Shown: positions 36,701 to 44,500 of the stretch, in pieces
Numbering within the stretch: the first letter of the stretch is position 1
Layout: each line of letters starts with the position of its first letter
Source of the DNA: Thermoanaerobaculia bacterium
GTDB taxonomy: Bacteria; Acidobacteriota; Thermoanaerobaculia; Multivoradales; UBA5704
Assembly: GCA_045807625.1 (NCBI GenBank)
Contig: JBJMHA010000044.1
Coordinates: forward strand, 12,319 to 76,318
Reading direction: 5' to 3'
DNA: 64,000 nt
Translations under genes and position numbers: made by a program
Notes under the pieces: generated by a model
Database searches by the model: none
The model's input: only the letters and a program-made list of their open reading frames with translations
Told to the model about the DNA's origin: nothing

Positions 36701-37021
36701 CTCGCGCCACCGTTGCTCCCGCTCGCGCGGCGGGAGCTCCCGCCAGTCCTCCCACCGGAAAGGCAGCCGGACCTTGCGGCCGACGACCTGGAGCGGCTCC
36801 TCCAGGCCCTCCCAGGCGAAGGCCGTGCGGAGCACCGCGTGCCGCTCGACGAGCCGCTGCCAGGAGCGCTCGAAGGCCGTCTCGTCGAGGGGACCGGCCA
36901 GGGTGCAGGTGAGCTGCTGGAAGTAGGCCCTCGAATCAGGGGCGAATAGGCAACGGAACAGCAACCCCTGCTGCAGGGGGGACAACGGATAGTAGGCCTC
37001 GATCTGCTGCTGCTCGCTCAT
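30758..37021 (-). CDS. NRPS: C(DCL-type) - A(Gln) - T - C - FkbH-like domain
   Basis: 2087-aa track ORF. ATG 37021 directly abuts the upstream TGA (TGAATG). It has YYPLSPLQQGLLF, HHLLVDGWS, LAYIIFTSGSTGRPKG, FFELGGHSLL and HHIVSDGWS. A ~570-aa FkbH/HAD-IIIC-like C-terminus follows (VIAVDCDGTLWKG, CVCSKNN, FIFIDDNP). Confidence 0.93.
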   Translation of the reverse strand: MSEQQQIEAYYPLSPLQQGLLFRCLFAPDSRAYFQQLTCTLAGPLDETAFERSWQRLVERHAVLRTAFAWEGLEEPLQVVGRKVRLPFRWEDWRELPPREREQRWRELCEADREQGFKPSRAPLMRITLLRVADEEWRLIWSFHHLLVDGWSNSILLREVFALYNALTRGEEPALPAPRPYREYVAWLQRQSLASAEAYWRRRLEGTGAPPSLPVEAHPHSGEPDDKDFAERHGRQSLRRSEELRGFARRHRLTINTLVQGAWALLLARYGGSTEAVFGVTLAGRPSALPGADSMVGVFVNTLPARVAVPADLAVVRWLAGVQMDQAELSQFEHTPLARVQAWSSLPVIFDKLLVFENYPLEVNVRAMRSVAVREVDHREYTQYPLALVAVPASELWLQIKYDGSRFDEPTVLRMLEHLGAVLSGLAVAGPEQRVGDLSLLIPGERQQVLVEWNDVPTGLNPARCLHQLFEEQAALAPDRPAVTFEGRSLTYGELDELANRLAGRLRAAGVGPEVRVGLCMERSLEMMVALLGTLKAGGAYVPLDPVHPRERLEAILENAAPAVLLVQPHLRGLLPAQGCAVLEPQADPPDPAAPRTTPVSSGVQPDHLAYIIFTSGSTGRPKGVMVPHRAIVNRVLWMHEVMTLQADDVIVQKTPFSFDASIWELFLPWTTGLRLVVAAPDGHRDTAYLADLIAREQVTILQLVPSMLQVFLEEPRLREVRSLRRVFCGGEALTPHLQERFFARVAGSDLHNLYGPTEAAIDATHWPCRRDAVRPVVVIGRPIANDRVHLADSGFQLTPVGVPGELLIGGVGLARGYTGRPDLTADKFVPDPFGEQPGQRLYRTGDLARRLPDGAIEFLGRTDHQVKIRGVRIELSEVESALLRHPSVREAMAVVLADDGGDKRLVAYAVPAGSADLDEAEVRSDLGRRLPEAMVPSRVVQLSRMPLLPNGKIDRKALPTPESPAASEREGAALRSPVQEIVAMVWSEVLGRPVTAARDDFFELGGHSLLAIRVVSRLRQAFQIDFPVRALFEHPTVAELADEIEGLLRSATQAPPPLRPAGRGDDPPLSYAQQRLWLLEQMQPGAGAYHLPLAVRFSGPLDHRVLERSLAEVARRHEVLRTCFPSEGGTPRQVVQPLAPPALFRIDLLAVLAGRREALLPALLQDLGRRPFDLARGPLLRVALIAMGPEDHVLSVTLHHIVSDGWSMSLLLDELAILYRAFSLGERSPLPELAVQYSDFARWERSWLQGAALDTRIGYWTEALAGAPARVELPTDFPRPERAALRGAARSRRIGEDLSARLRKLGRRAGATLFMVLLEAFEAVLSRWTGQDDLVLGTVIANRMRAEIEPLIGCFMNFLPLRLRSRADESGLELLARVRSAVLDAYSHQDCPFEKLVQAVNPDRRSGSNPLFNVGFLLQTQPRPAAGEGLTAAFVPVDLRSSLLDLRLVAWESAGGLQISLEYRTDLFAGETAELLLDAYEQALAWLAEGPERALSGMPLPERLERQAAAARDRERRPEIAIAATFTAEPLERPLRFWMEELGFDTEIVFAPYGQVFQELLGAGSLARNADGLNVILVRFEDWGRGRPFAADDLRRNVLDLAGALRSAASRSKVPFLVLVCPGSPANLAEPGAADLAREAADLLTAELAAAGGVHLVTSAGLAAVYPVLGYYDPHGDELGRIPYTPAFFNALATMVARRFFALRIPPYKVIAVDCDGTLWKGICAEDGPQGVELDTPRRALQELLVAQHEAGMLICVCSKNNERDVLDVFDTRADMPLRRQHVVGWRANWRPKSENLAALAAELRLGLDAFIFIDDNPVECAEVQAACPEVLVVALPADPAEIPALLRNVWAFDRLPVTDEDRSRTELYRQNEERENLRANSHSFREFLKDLRINVDVSFLQPQHVRRVAQLSHRTNQFNLTTIRHSENEIEEIIRSPERHCLVVSVQDRFGDYGLTGVVIYGASPAALEVETLLLSCRVLGRGVEHRVLEELGRIAAARGLSRVDLAFVPTARNQPARDFLASFGEEPGETVDDGFAYRLPVRLLEGLTRRFLEGESTAEESGAPGLLAPPRMARPGVSGEAPQC
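30761..32470 (-). other. FkbH-like domain (HAD-IIIC phosphatase plus acyl-loading region; glyceryl-carrier-forming family)
   Basis: HAD motif I DxDGT in VIAVDCDGTLWKG (codons 31865-31879), motif II region CVCSKNNERDV and motif IV FIFIDDNPVE. The C-terminal GNAT-like part reads LLSCRVLGRGVEHRVL. Confidence 0.85.
32510..33840 (-). other. Condensation (C) domain immediately upstream of FkbH
   Basis: PLSYAQQRLWLLEQMQP; HHIVSDGWS (codons 33404-33424). Confidence 0.85.
33890..34100 (-). other. Peptidyl carrier (T) domain
   Basis: DFFELGGHSLL; Ser codon at 33995-33997. Confidence 0.9.
34150..35640 (-). other. Adenylation domain, hand-read code DAWQFGLIDK (identical to the canonical Gln code)
   Basis: Cores TSGSTGRPKG (~35145-35200), FSFDASIWE, TILQLVPS, VFCGGEAL, NLYGPTEAAID and MPLLPNGKIDR. 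Confidence 0.7.
35690..37000 (-). other. Condensation domain, DCL-type (follows the upstream E domain)
   Basis: YYPLSPLQQGLLF N-terminal motif; HHLLVDGWS (codons 36572-36592). The preceding protein ends with an epimerase. Confidence 0.8.
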
Positions 37022-40000
37022 TCAGATCTCGAACTCGACGTTCTCCAGCAGATGGCTGAGCCGCTCGTCGTCGAGCGCGGTCTCGGACGGGCCGGCGAGC
37101 AGGGCCCGGAGCGCCTTCAGGATGTCCGTGGCCAGGGCCTCGATGCTCTCCCGCCGGTGAAGGCCGCGGCTGTAGATCAGTGCGACGCGGAGGCGGTCTC
37201 CCGCCACCGCCGCGTTGACCTCCAGGACGTGAGACCGTCGCTGCCGCGGGCTCTTCGTGGGACCCACGGACTCTCCGGCCGCTCCGAACAGGGCGGAAGC
37301 CGCTCCGGTGCCGAGCCGGCCCAGGTAGTTGAAGACCATCTCCGGCTGGGGCAACTCGCGGAGACGCACCGCGGCCGCGCCGCCGAAGCGCAGGAGGCCG
37401 TAGCCGATCCCCTGTCGGGGGACCTCGCGCATCCTCCGGTCGATCTGCCGCAGGGCCCCGGTGGGCCCGTCGATCTCCGACAGGTCGACCAGCATGGGGT
37501 AGAGCGTGGTGAACCAGCCCACCGTGCGGGTCAGGTCGACGGGTAGGCCGATCTCGTCGTTGTCGTTGTCGCGGCCGTGCCCCTCGAGGTCGATCCCCAC
37601 GGTCGTGCCCGGAGCCCAGCGGGCGAGGGCGCTCGCGAAAGCGGCGAGGAGTGCCTGGCCGGCCCCCACCTGGAAGCGCTCCGGCATCTCCTGGAGGAAG
37701 GCCCGTGTCTCCTCCGGCTCCAGAGACGCCGAGACGATGTCCGCCGAGGCCTCGTCGTTCTCTCCCGCCCGATCCTGGGGAAGGGGGGAGACATCGTGCC
37801 AGGTGGCCTGAGCCCAGTAGTCGAGCTCGGCGGCGGTCTCCGGAGACTGGGCCTGCCCGGCGAGCAGCCCGGCCCAGCGCTGGAACGAGGTCGCCTTGGC
37901 CGGGAGCCGTGGCTCCTCGCCGCGCTCGAAGCCCAGGAGCAGCGCTTCCAGGTCCTCCAGCACGACGTGCCAGGAGACGGCGTCGGTCAGCAGGTGGTGG
38001 ATCACCAGGAGAATCCGGCCGCTCTCCCCTGGGCCTGAGTCGAAGACCGCCACCCGCGTCAGGGGACCACGGGTCAGATCGAGGCTCCCCTGGAGGGCCG
38101 CGGCAGCGCTTTCGATCGCCGCGCCGCGCCCGGCCGCGGGCACGGCCGAAAGGTCGATCCAGGCCAGCGGGATGCCGACCTCAAGCCCCAGGCACTCCTG
38201 CCGCCATCCGTCCTCGCCCGGCGTGAAACGGAGCCGGAGGGCGTCATGGTGGGCCGCCAGCGCGCACAGAGCCCGCTCCCAGGAGGCGGGACTGCCGACC
38301 TGGTGGAGAGCCAGCAGCAGGGATTGGTTGTAGTGGTGGAGGTCGACGGTCACCTGCTCGAAGAAGCGTCGCTGGATCGGGGTCAGAGGCACCGGCCCGA
38401 CCACCGTCCCCTGCTGCTCCTCCGGTCCGCTCACGCTCCCCGCGGCCGCGGCCAAGGCGGCGACGGTCTGGTGCTGGAACACCTGGCGGGGCACGAGCCG
38501 GACGCCGGCCCGCTGAGCCCTGGAGACGACCTGGAGCGCCAGGATGGAGTCCCCTCCCAGCTCGAAGAAGTTGTCGTGGATCCCGACCCGGTCCAGTTTC
38601 AGGAATTCCGCCCAGAGCTCCGCCAGGAGCTTCTCCGTCTCGTTGCGCGGCGCCTCATAGGTGGACCCCGATTTGCCCCGCTCGTCCGGGGGAGGGAGCG
38701 CCGACCGGTCGACCTTGCCGTTGGAGGTCAGCGGAAGCGAGGGCAGGATCACGAAAGAGGAGGGGACCATGTACCTCGGGAGCTCGCGCTCCAGGGCCTC
38801 CCGGAGTCCAGGGGCCCTCAGCTCCTCTCCCGGACCCAGCACGACGTAGCAGACCAGACGCCGTTGCCCCTCGCTGCCCAGGGTAGCGGTGACTACGGCC
38901 TCCAAGACCCCGGGCTGCCGTCCTGCGGCGGCCTCGATCTCGCCGAGCTCGATCCGGAAGCCGCGGATCTTCACCTGATGGTCCCGCCGCCCGAGATAGA
39001 CGAGCTCACCCTCCTGGTCCAGGGCGGCCAGATCGCCTGTCCGGTAAAGGCGCCGCCCCGGCCGTCCGTCGAAGGGATCGGGCACGAAGCGCTCGGCGGT
39101 CAGGCCGGGGAGCCCCGAATAGCCGCGGGCCACACCGTCGCCGCCGACGTACAGCTCCCCGGGAGTTCCCGGCGGCACAGGAGCGAAGCTGGCATCCAGC
39201 AGGTAGAGCGCGGCGTTCGCGATGGGTCTGCCGATGGGTACCGGGCCCGGTGCGGGAGGGCCGGGGGGGAGCTCGTATACGCTGCAGCCCACCACGGTCT
39301 CGGTGGGCCCATACTCGTTGAAGATCCGCATCGAGGGCGAGCTCGCCCGCCACTGCGAGAGGCTTTCCCCCCGCAAGGCCTCTCCGCCCAGAATGACCGA
39401 GCGGAGCCTGGGGGCCGTGGCGAAGGCGTCCGGCAGGTGCCGCAGGCCGTCCAGGTGGGCCGGTGTCAGCTTCACCAGGTTGTACTCGCGCCCTCCCGCG
39501 AGGAGCGAGCTCAGGGCTTCGATCCCGTCGGCCTCTGGAATGATCAGCACCGTGCCACCGGCGAGGAGCGGCGCGAAAAGGCTGGTGAGGGTGAGGTCGA
39601 ACCCGAGCGGCGAATGCACGGGGACGACAGAGCCCGGAGCGAGCGAGTATGCATCCCGGCACCAGCTCAGATAGTTTGTGAGCCCCTGGTGGGGGACCAT
39701 GACCCCCTTGGGCCGGCCGGTGGAGCCCGACGTGTAGATCACGTAGGCGAGCTGTTGCGGCCCCACCACGACGGGCGCGCAAGGGGAGGGGGCGGGATCG
39801 GCTTCGAGAGCGCCGTCGAGGGAGAGGGTCTCGACCGGCAGGACGGGGAGGCGATGAGTCAGCCGATCGTGGGCCAGGATCAGGCGGGGCCGGGCGTCCG
39901 CGAGGATCGCCGCCAGGCGCTCCGTGGGCTGGAAGCTGTCGAGGGGCAGGAAAGCCGCTCCGGCCTTGAGGATCCCCAGCAGGGCCACCAGCGTTTCAGG

Positions 40001-41539
40001 AGAGCGTTCCGCCAGCAGGGCGACCGTCTGCTCGGGCCCCGCGCCCGCCTGGGAGAGGCGGTCCGCCAACCGGTCAGCCAGGGCGTCCAGCTCCGCATAG
40101 GTGAGCCTCCGGTCGCCGGCTTCGACCGCCACCCGGCCGGGGGATCGCCGGGCCTGCTCCGCGATCAGCTCGGCGACGCTCCGGTCCGCTGGATAGGGCG
40201 CGGCGGTCCGGTTGAAGCCGGTCAGCAGCTCTCTCTCCTCGGCCTCCCCGAGGGCCGGCAGATGGCTGCCGGGGCGCAGCGGATCCTTGATGGCGGCGGC
40301 CAGGAGGGCCTGGAAGCCCGTGGCGAGCCGCTCCAGGGTTGCCGCGGGAACGACCTCGGGATCCGCCGCCAGTGCCAGCGTCAGCCGTTCGCCGAGGGAT
40401 CCCGCGGCGAGCCGCAGGTGGAACCTCTCGAGCACGGCCCGGCGCAGCCGGGGTGAGATCGTCAGACTCCCCGCCGTCAAGGGGCCCGGGTCGCGGTCGA
40501 AGTCGAAGAGGAACGGAAAGAACCCGCCCTCCTCCGGCCACTCGAAGAACTCCTGCCACTCCGCAAGCGAGCTGCGCGCCTCCGCAATCCGCCGCGCCGC
40601 CTCCGCGAAGGACGGGTCGTCGGCGAGCCCGACCGCGACCGGCAGAGAGCGGGCGAAGAGTCCCAGAGCCTCGTCCAGGCCTTCGTACCTCCGCCCCGCG
40701 AAGGCGACCCCCACCGTGATCCCGCCCTCGCCGGTCCGCTTCTCCAGAAAGATTCTCCAGGCGGCCAGGAGGAAGTCCTCGACGTCTATGCCGGCAACTC
40801 CCGCCGCCCGGAGGAGCCGTTCCTCCAGGCCGGGTTCCAGGAAAAGCTCCCGGACCAGCGGCCAGAAAGCCGAGCCGGGAGGGGCCGGTGTGGAGAAGGG
40901 GAGCCTCGGCGCTTCGACCGACGCCGGATCCCAGGACCGCCAATAGCTCCGGCCGTCGGCCGTATCCTCCGCGATCAGGAGGTCGTTGAGGACCTCGGAC
41001 ACGTCGGCGTATTGAACAGGATCGGGTCCCGGATCATCCGGCGGCTGCAGGGCGGCCGCCAGCTCGCGAGCCAGGTTGGCCATGGACAGGAGATCGGCAC
41101 AGAGCGCCGGCAAGGTGAGCAGAAGGGCATGCCGTCCGGGGGAGAGCTCCTGCAAGGTCGCCCGCAGGACCGGACCGGAGGCGAGATCGAACGGCTGGCC
41201 AGCGATCTTCAAGAGCAGCGCTCCGGGATCCTCTTCCGCGGTAACGCGGAGCCACTCGACCGCCGGCTCCGCGATGACCTGGACGGGATCGGTCAGCCCC
41301 GGGATCTGCCGGTAGACGGTGCGCAGGATCTCGTGCCGCGCCACCACCGATTCCAGGGCCTGCCGGAGCGCCGCCGGATCGAGGTCCCCCGTGAGCAGCC
41401 AGGCTCCCTGAACGAGGAATCCACTCCCGCCGCTCGCCTTCAGCAGCGACCACGCGCGCCGCTGCTGTGGAGAGAGCTGAAAGCCCTGGTCGGTCGTCGG
41501 GGGGGCCGCCGGGAGAACGTTCGTCGGTGCGCCTGTCAC
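37022..41539 (-). CDS. NRPS, one module: interface-type C-like domain - A(Asx, Asn-like code) - T - E
   Basis: 1505-aa track ORF. The GTG start at 41539 forms a GTGA overlap with the upstream stop (41536-41538), and no in-frame ATG is nearby. It has FQLSPQQRRAW, LPALCAD, LAYVIYTSGSTGRPKG, FFELGGDSIL and the epimerase motif HHLLTDAVSW. Confidence 0.9.
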   Translation of the reverse strand: MTGAPTNVLPAAPPTTDQGFQLSPQQRRAWSLLKASGGSGFLVQGAWLLTGDLDPAALRQALESVVARHEILRTVYRQIPGLTDPVQVIAEPAVEWLRVTAEEDPGALLLKIAGQPFDLASGPVLRATLQELSPGRHALLLTLPALCADLLSMANLARELAAALQPPDDPGPDPVQYADVSEVLNDLLIAEDTADGRSYWRSWDPASVEAPRLPFSTPAPPGSAFWPLVRELFLEPGLEERLLRAAGVAGIDVEDFLLAAWRIFLEKRTGEGGITVGVAFAGRRYEGLDEALGLFARSLPVAVGLADDPSFAEAARRIAEARSSLAEWQEFFEWPEEGGFFPFLFDFDRDPGPLTAGSLTISPRLRRAVLERFHLRLAAGSLGERLTLALAADPEVVPAATLERLATGFQALLAAAIKDPLRPGSHLPALGEAEERELLTGFNRTAAPYPADRSVAELIAEQARRSPGRVAVEAGDRRLTYAELDALADRLADRLSQAGAGPEQTVALLAERSPETLVALLGILKAGAAFLPLDSFQPTERLAAILADARPRLILAHDRLTHRLPVLPVETLSLDGALEADPAPSPCAPVVVGPQQLAYVIYTSGSTGRPKGVMVPHQGLTNYLSWCRDAYSLAPGSVVPVHSPLGFDLTLTSLFAPLLAGGTVLIIPEADGIEALSSLLAGGREYNLVKLTPAHLDGLRHLPDAFATAPRLRSVILGGEALRGESLSQWRASSPSMRIFNEYGPTETVVGCSVYELPPGPPAPGPVPIGRPIANAALYLLDASFAPVPPGTPGELYVGGDGVARGYSGLPGLTAERFVPDPFDGRPGRRLYRTGDLAALDQEGELVYLGRRDHQVKIRGFRIELGEIEAAAGRQPGVLEAVVTATLGSEGQRRLVCYVVLGPGEELRAPGLREALERELPRYMVPSSFVILPSLPLTSNGKVDRSALPPPDERGKSGSTYEAPRNETEKLLAELWAEFLKLDRVGIHDNFFELGGDSILALQVVSRAQRAGVRLVPRQVFQHQTVAALAAAAGSVSGPEEQQGTVVGPVPLTPIQRRFFEQVTVDLHHYNQSLLLALHQVGSPASWERALCALAAHHDALRLRFTPGEDGWRQECLGLEVGIPLAWIDLSAVPAAGRGAAIESAAAALQGSLDLTRGPLTRVAVFDSGPGESGRILLVIHHLLTDAVSWHVVLEDLEALLLGFERGEEPRLPAKATSFQRWAGLLAGQAQSPETAAELDYWAQATWHDVSPLPQDRAGENDEASADIVSASLEPEETRAFLQEMPERFQVGAGQALLAAFASALARWAPGTTVGIDLEGHGRDNDNDEIGLPVDLTRTVGWFTTLYPMLVDLSEIDGPTGALRQIDRRMREVPRQGIGYGLLRFGGAAAVRLRELPQPEMVFNYLGRLGTGAASALFGAAGESVGPTKSPRQRRSHVLEVNAAVAGDRLRVALIYSRGLHRRESIEALATDILKALRALLAGPSETALDDERLSHLLENVEFEI
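37040..38400 (-). other. Epimerization (E) domain
   Basis: PLTPIQRRFFE start; VIHHLLTDAVSWHV (HH codons 37993-37998). About 500 aa after the carrier Ser. Confidence 0.85.
38440..38650 (-). other. Peptidyl carrier (T) domain
   Basis: NFFELGGDSIL; Ser codon at 38546-38548. Confidence 0.9.
38700..40190 (-). other. Adenylation domain, hand-read code DLTKIGEVGK (Asp/Asn family, Asn-like)
   Basis: Cores TSGSTGRPKG (~39700-39755), LGFDLTLTS, LVKLTPAH, VILGGEAL, NEYGPTETVVG and LPLTSNGKVDR. Confidence 0.6.
40200..41480 (-). other. C-superfamily domain lacking the catalytic His motif (interface-type, I-like); no hydroxylase at this junction
   Basis: LTLPALCADLLS at the HHxxxDG position (codons 41093-41113). 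It has the same architecture as the domains at 6470..7770 and 26650..27925. Confidence 0.65.
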
Positions 41540-44500
41540 CGCGTGCTGACCACCTTTCGCCGGATCTGGGTGAATTTCTCTTCGCGCGCCTGGCGCAGCC
41601 GCTGCTCCCTCTCGACACGCCGCCGCTCCGCCTCCTCGCGGCGGCAGGCATCGAGCCGGCTCAACGGAGCCTCCGGATCGGCTACGGCGGTACGCAGGAT
41701 CGATTCGAAGTCGGCCAGGATCTCACGGATGGTCGCTTCGGTATAGAGGTCGGTGCTGTATTCGAGCGAGCCGCGGATGCCGTCCGGGGTTTCGACGACG
41801 TTGAACAGGAGATCGAACTTGGCCTTCCAGGCGGGGACGCTCTCCGGAACCACGGTGAGCGAGTGCCTGCGCTGCGCCAGCCGGGGGATGTTCTGGAGCA
41901 CGAACTTCACCTGGAACAGCGGGGTCCTGCCGGGATCGCGCCCGGGCCGCAGGGCTTCGAGCAGCTTGTCGAAGGGGAGATCCTGGTGGAGATAGGCTCC
42001 CATCGCCGCCTTCCGGACCCTGTGGATCAGCTCGCTGAAGCCGGGATCCCCGGATAGGTCGGAGCGGAGGACGACCTGATTGACGAAGAAGCCGATCATG
42101 CCCTCGGTCTCGCGGCGGTTCCGGTTGGCCACGTCGGTGCCCACCACCACATCCTCCAGGCCGGACCGCTGGCCCACGAGCACGCAGCAGGCGGCGAACA
42201 GGGTCATGAAGAGGGTTGCCCCCTGCCGCTGGCCGAGGGACCGGAGCTGCTCGGACAGCGGCGCGGGCAGCTCGAAGCTCACGCTCGCGCCATCGAGGGC
42301 CCGCGTCTGAGGCCGCGGCAGGTCGCCCGGGATCTCCACGACCTCGGGGGCTCCGGCGAGAGCCGCCCGCCAGTAGTCCAGCAGGCGTTCCAGGGCCTCT
42401 CCCTGGAGCCACTCCCGCTGCCAGACCGCGAAATCGACGTATTGGAGGATCGGCTCGGAGAGAGGGGACGGCCGGCCGGCGACCATGGCCTCGTAGAGCG
42501 CCGCCGTCTCCGACAGGAGCACCTGGAGCGACCAGCGGTCCGAGATGATGTGATGCAGAGCCAGGAGCAACAGGTGCTCCTCCCCGCTCAGACGCAGCAG
42601 GAGGATCCGGAACAGAGGTCCGCTGCCCAGGTCGAAAGAGCGCTCCGCGTCTTCTCTGAGCAGGCGCCGGGCCAGCGAACGGGCGCGCTCGGCCGGCAGG
42701 CCTCCCAGGTCCACCATCGTGAGATCGCAGGCGGCGGGCGGGTTGATGATCTGCACCGGCTGGCCGTCGCGGTCCGCGAAGGTGGTGCGGAGCGACTCAT
42801 GGCGCCGCACCACCTCGGACAGCGCGCGGGCGAGGCTCTGCGTCGAGAGTGGGCCGAGGAGACGGACGGGCAGCGGCACGTTGTAGGCCGAGCCGTCCGT
42901 TCCGAGCTGGTCCAGAACCCAGAGGCGGTTCTGCGCGAACGAGACGGGCAGGCTCCCCTGGCGCGGCGCGGGCTGGATGGGCGGTAGCTCCAGCCCCTGC
43001 CGGGCTTCCAGCAGAGCCGCCAGCCGCGCCGCCATGTCTGCGAGGCTCTCGGCCCCCAGGACCTCGGGGAGCGGCAGCTCGACGCCCAGGGCCTGCCGCA
43101 CCCGGGAGGCGACCTGGGTGGCGAGCAGGGAGTGACCGCCGAGGGAGAGGAAATTGTCCGCGTGGGACGGCCGTCCGGAGCCGAGCACCTCGGCCCAGAT
43201 GCCCGCCAGGATCTCCGCGACCGGCTGGGAGGGAGATTCGGCGATCTCGCGCTCCTCCCCCTCGCGGCCCGTCGCCGGCGCTGCCGGCAGGGCGTCGCGG
43301 TCGATCTTGCCGTTCACCGTCAGCGGGAAGCGGTCCAGGGTCACGAAGGCCGCTGGCAGCATGTACTCGGGGAGACGGGCCGCGAGGTGCTCCCGCAGCT
43401 CCGGCGTCCCCGGCGCGCTGGCGGGTCCGGGCACCAGATAGGCCACCAGCCGGCGCTCCCCTCCGGGGCCGTCGTCGCGGGCCACGACGAGCGCCTCACG
43501 CACCGCCGGGTGGGTGGCGAGCGACGCTTCGATTTCGCCGAGCTCGATGCGGAAGCCGCGGATCTTGACCTGATGGTCGATCCGGCCCAGGTAGTCCACG
43601 TCGCCGTTGGACAGACGCCGGGCCAGGTCTCCCGAGCGATACAGGCGGGAGCCGGCGGGGCCCCAGGGATCCGGCACGAAGCGCTCGGCGGTGAGGTCCG
43701 GGCGGCCGAGATACCCCAGCGCGAGCCCCTCGCCCCCGACGAACAGCTCGCCAGGCACCCCGACCGGCTGAGGGCGCAGCCGGGGGTCGAGCACAAAGAG
43801 GGAGAGATCGGGAATGGGAGCGCCGATCGGGCTGCCTCCGGCGGACGAATCGGCGCGGCTCAGCGGTCGCCAGGTCACGTGCACGGTGGTCTCGGTGATG
43901 CCGTACATGTTGACCAGCCGGGGCCGCTCGTCACCATGGCGCTCGAACCAGGGGGCGAGGCTCGCCGGCTCCAGGGCTTCGCCGCCGAAGATCACCCAGC
44001 GCAACGCCAGGTCGGAAGGCTCGCCGCCGAGCACCGCTTCCTCCGCCCAGAGGAGCTGGCGAAACGCGGAAGGGGTCTGGTTGAGCACGGTCACCCGCTC
44101 CTCGCGCAGCAGGCGATAGAACGCCTCGGGCGAGCGGCTCTCCCAATACGGCACGACCACCAGCCGGCCGCCGTAGAGCAGAGCTCCCCAGATCTCCCAG
44201 ACCGAGAAGTCGAAGGCGTAGGAGTGGAAGAGGGTCCACACGTCGTCCGGGCCGAAGCCGAACCAGGCGTCGGTCGCGGTCAGCAGGCGGTCCACGTTGC
44301 GGTGCGAGACCACCACCCCCTTGGGCCTGCCGGTCGAGCCGGAGGTGTAGATCACGTAGGCCGGCTGCTCCGGATCGATCTCCACCCCCAGCCACTCGGC
44401 GCTGCATCCCGCGATCTCCTCGCGCTCGGCGTCGAGCCTCACCAACCGGACGGCGCCGTCCGCCAGGCCGTCCGCCAGGCCATCCTGGGTGATCAACAGC

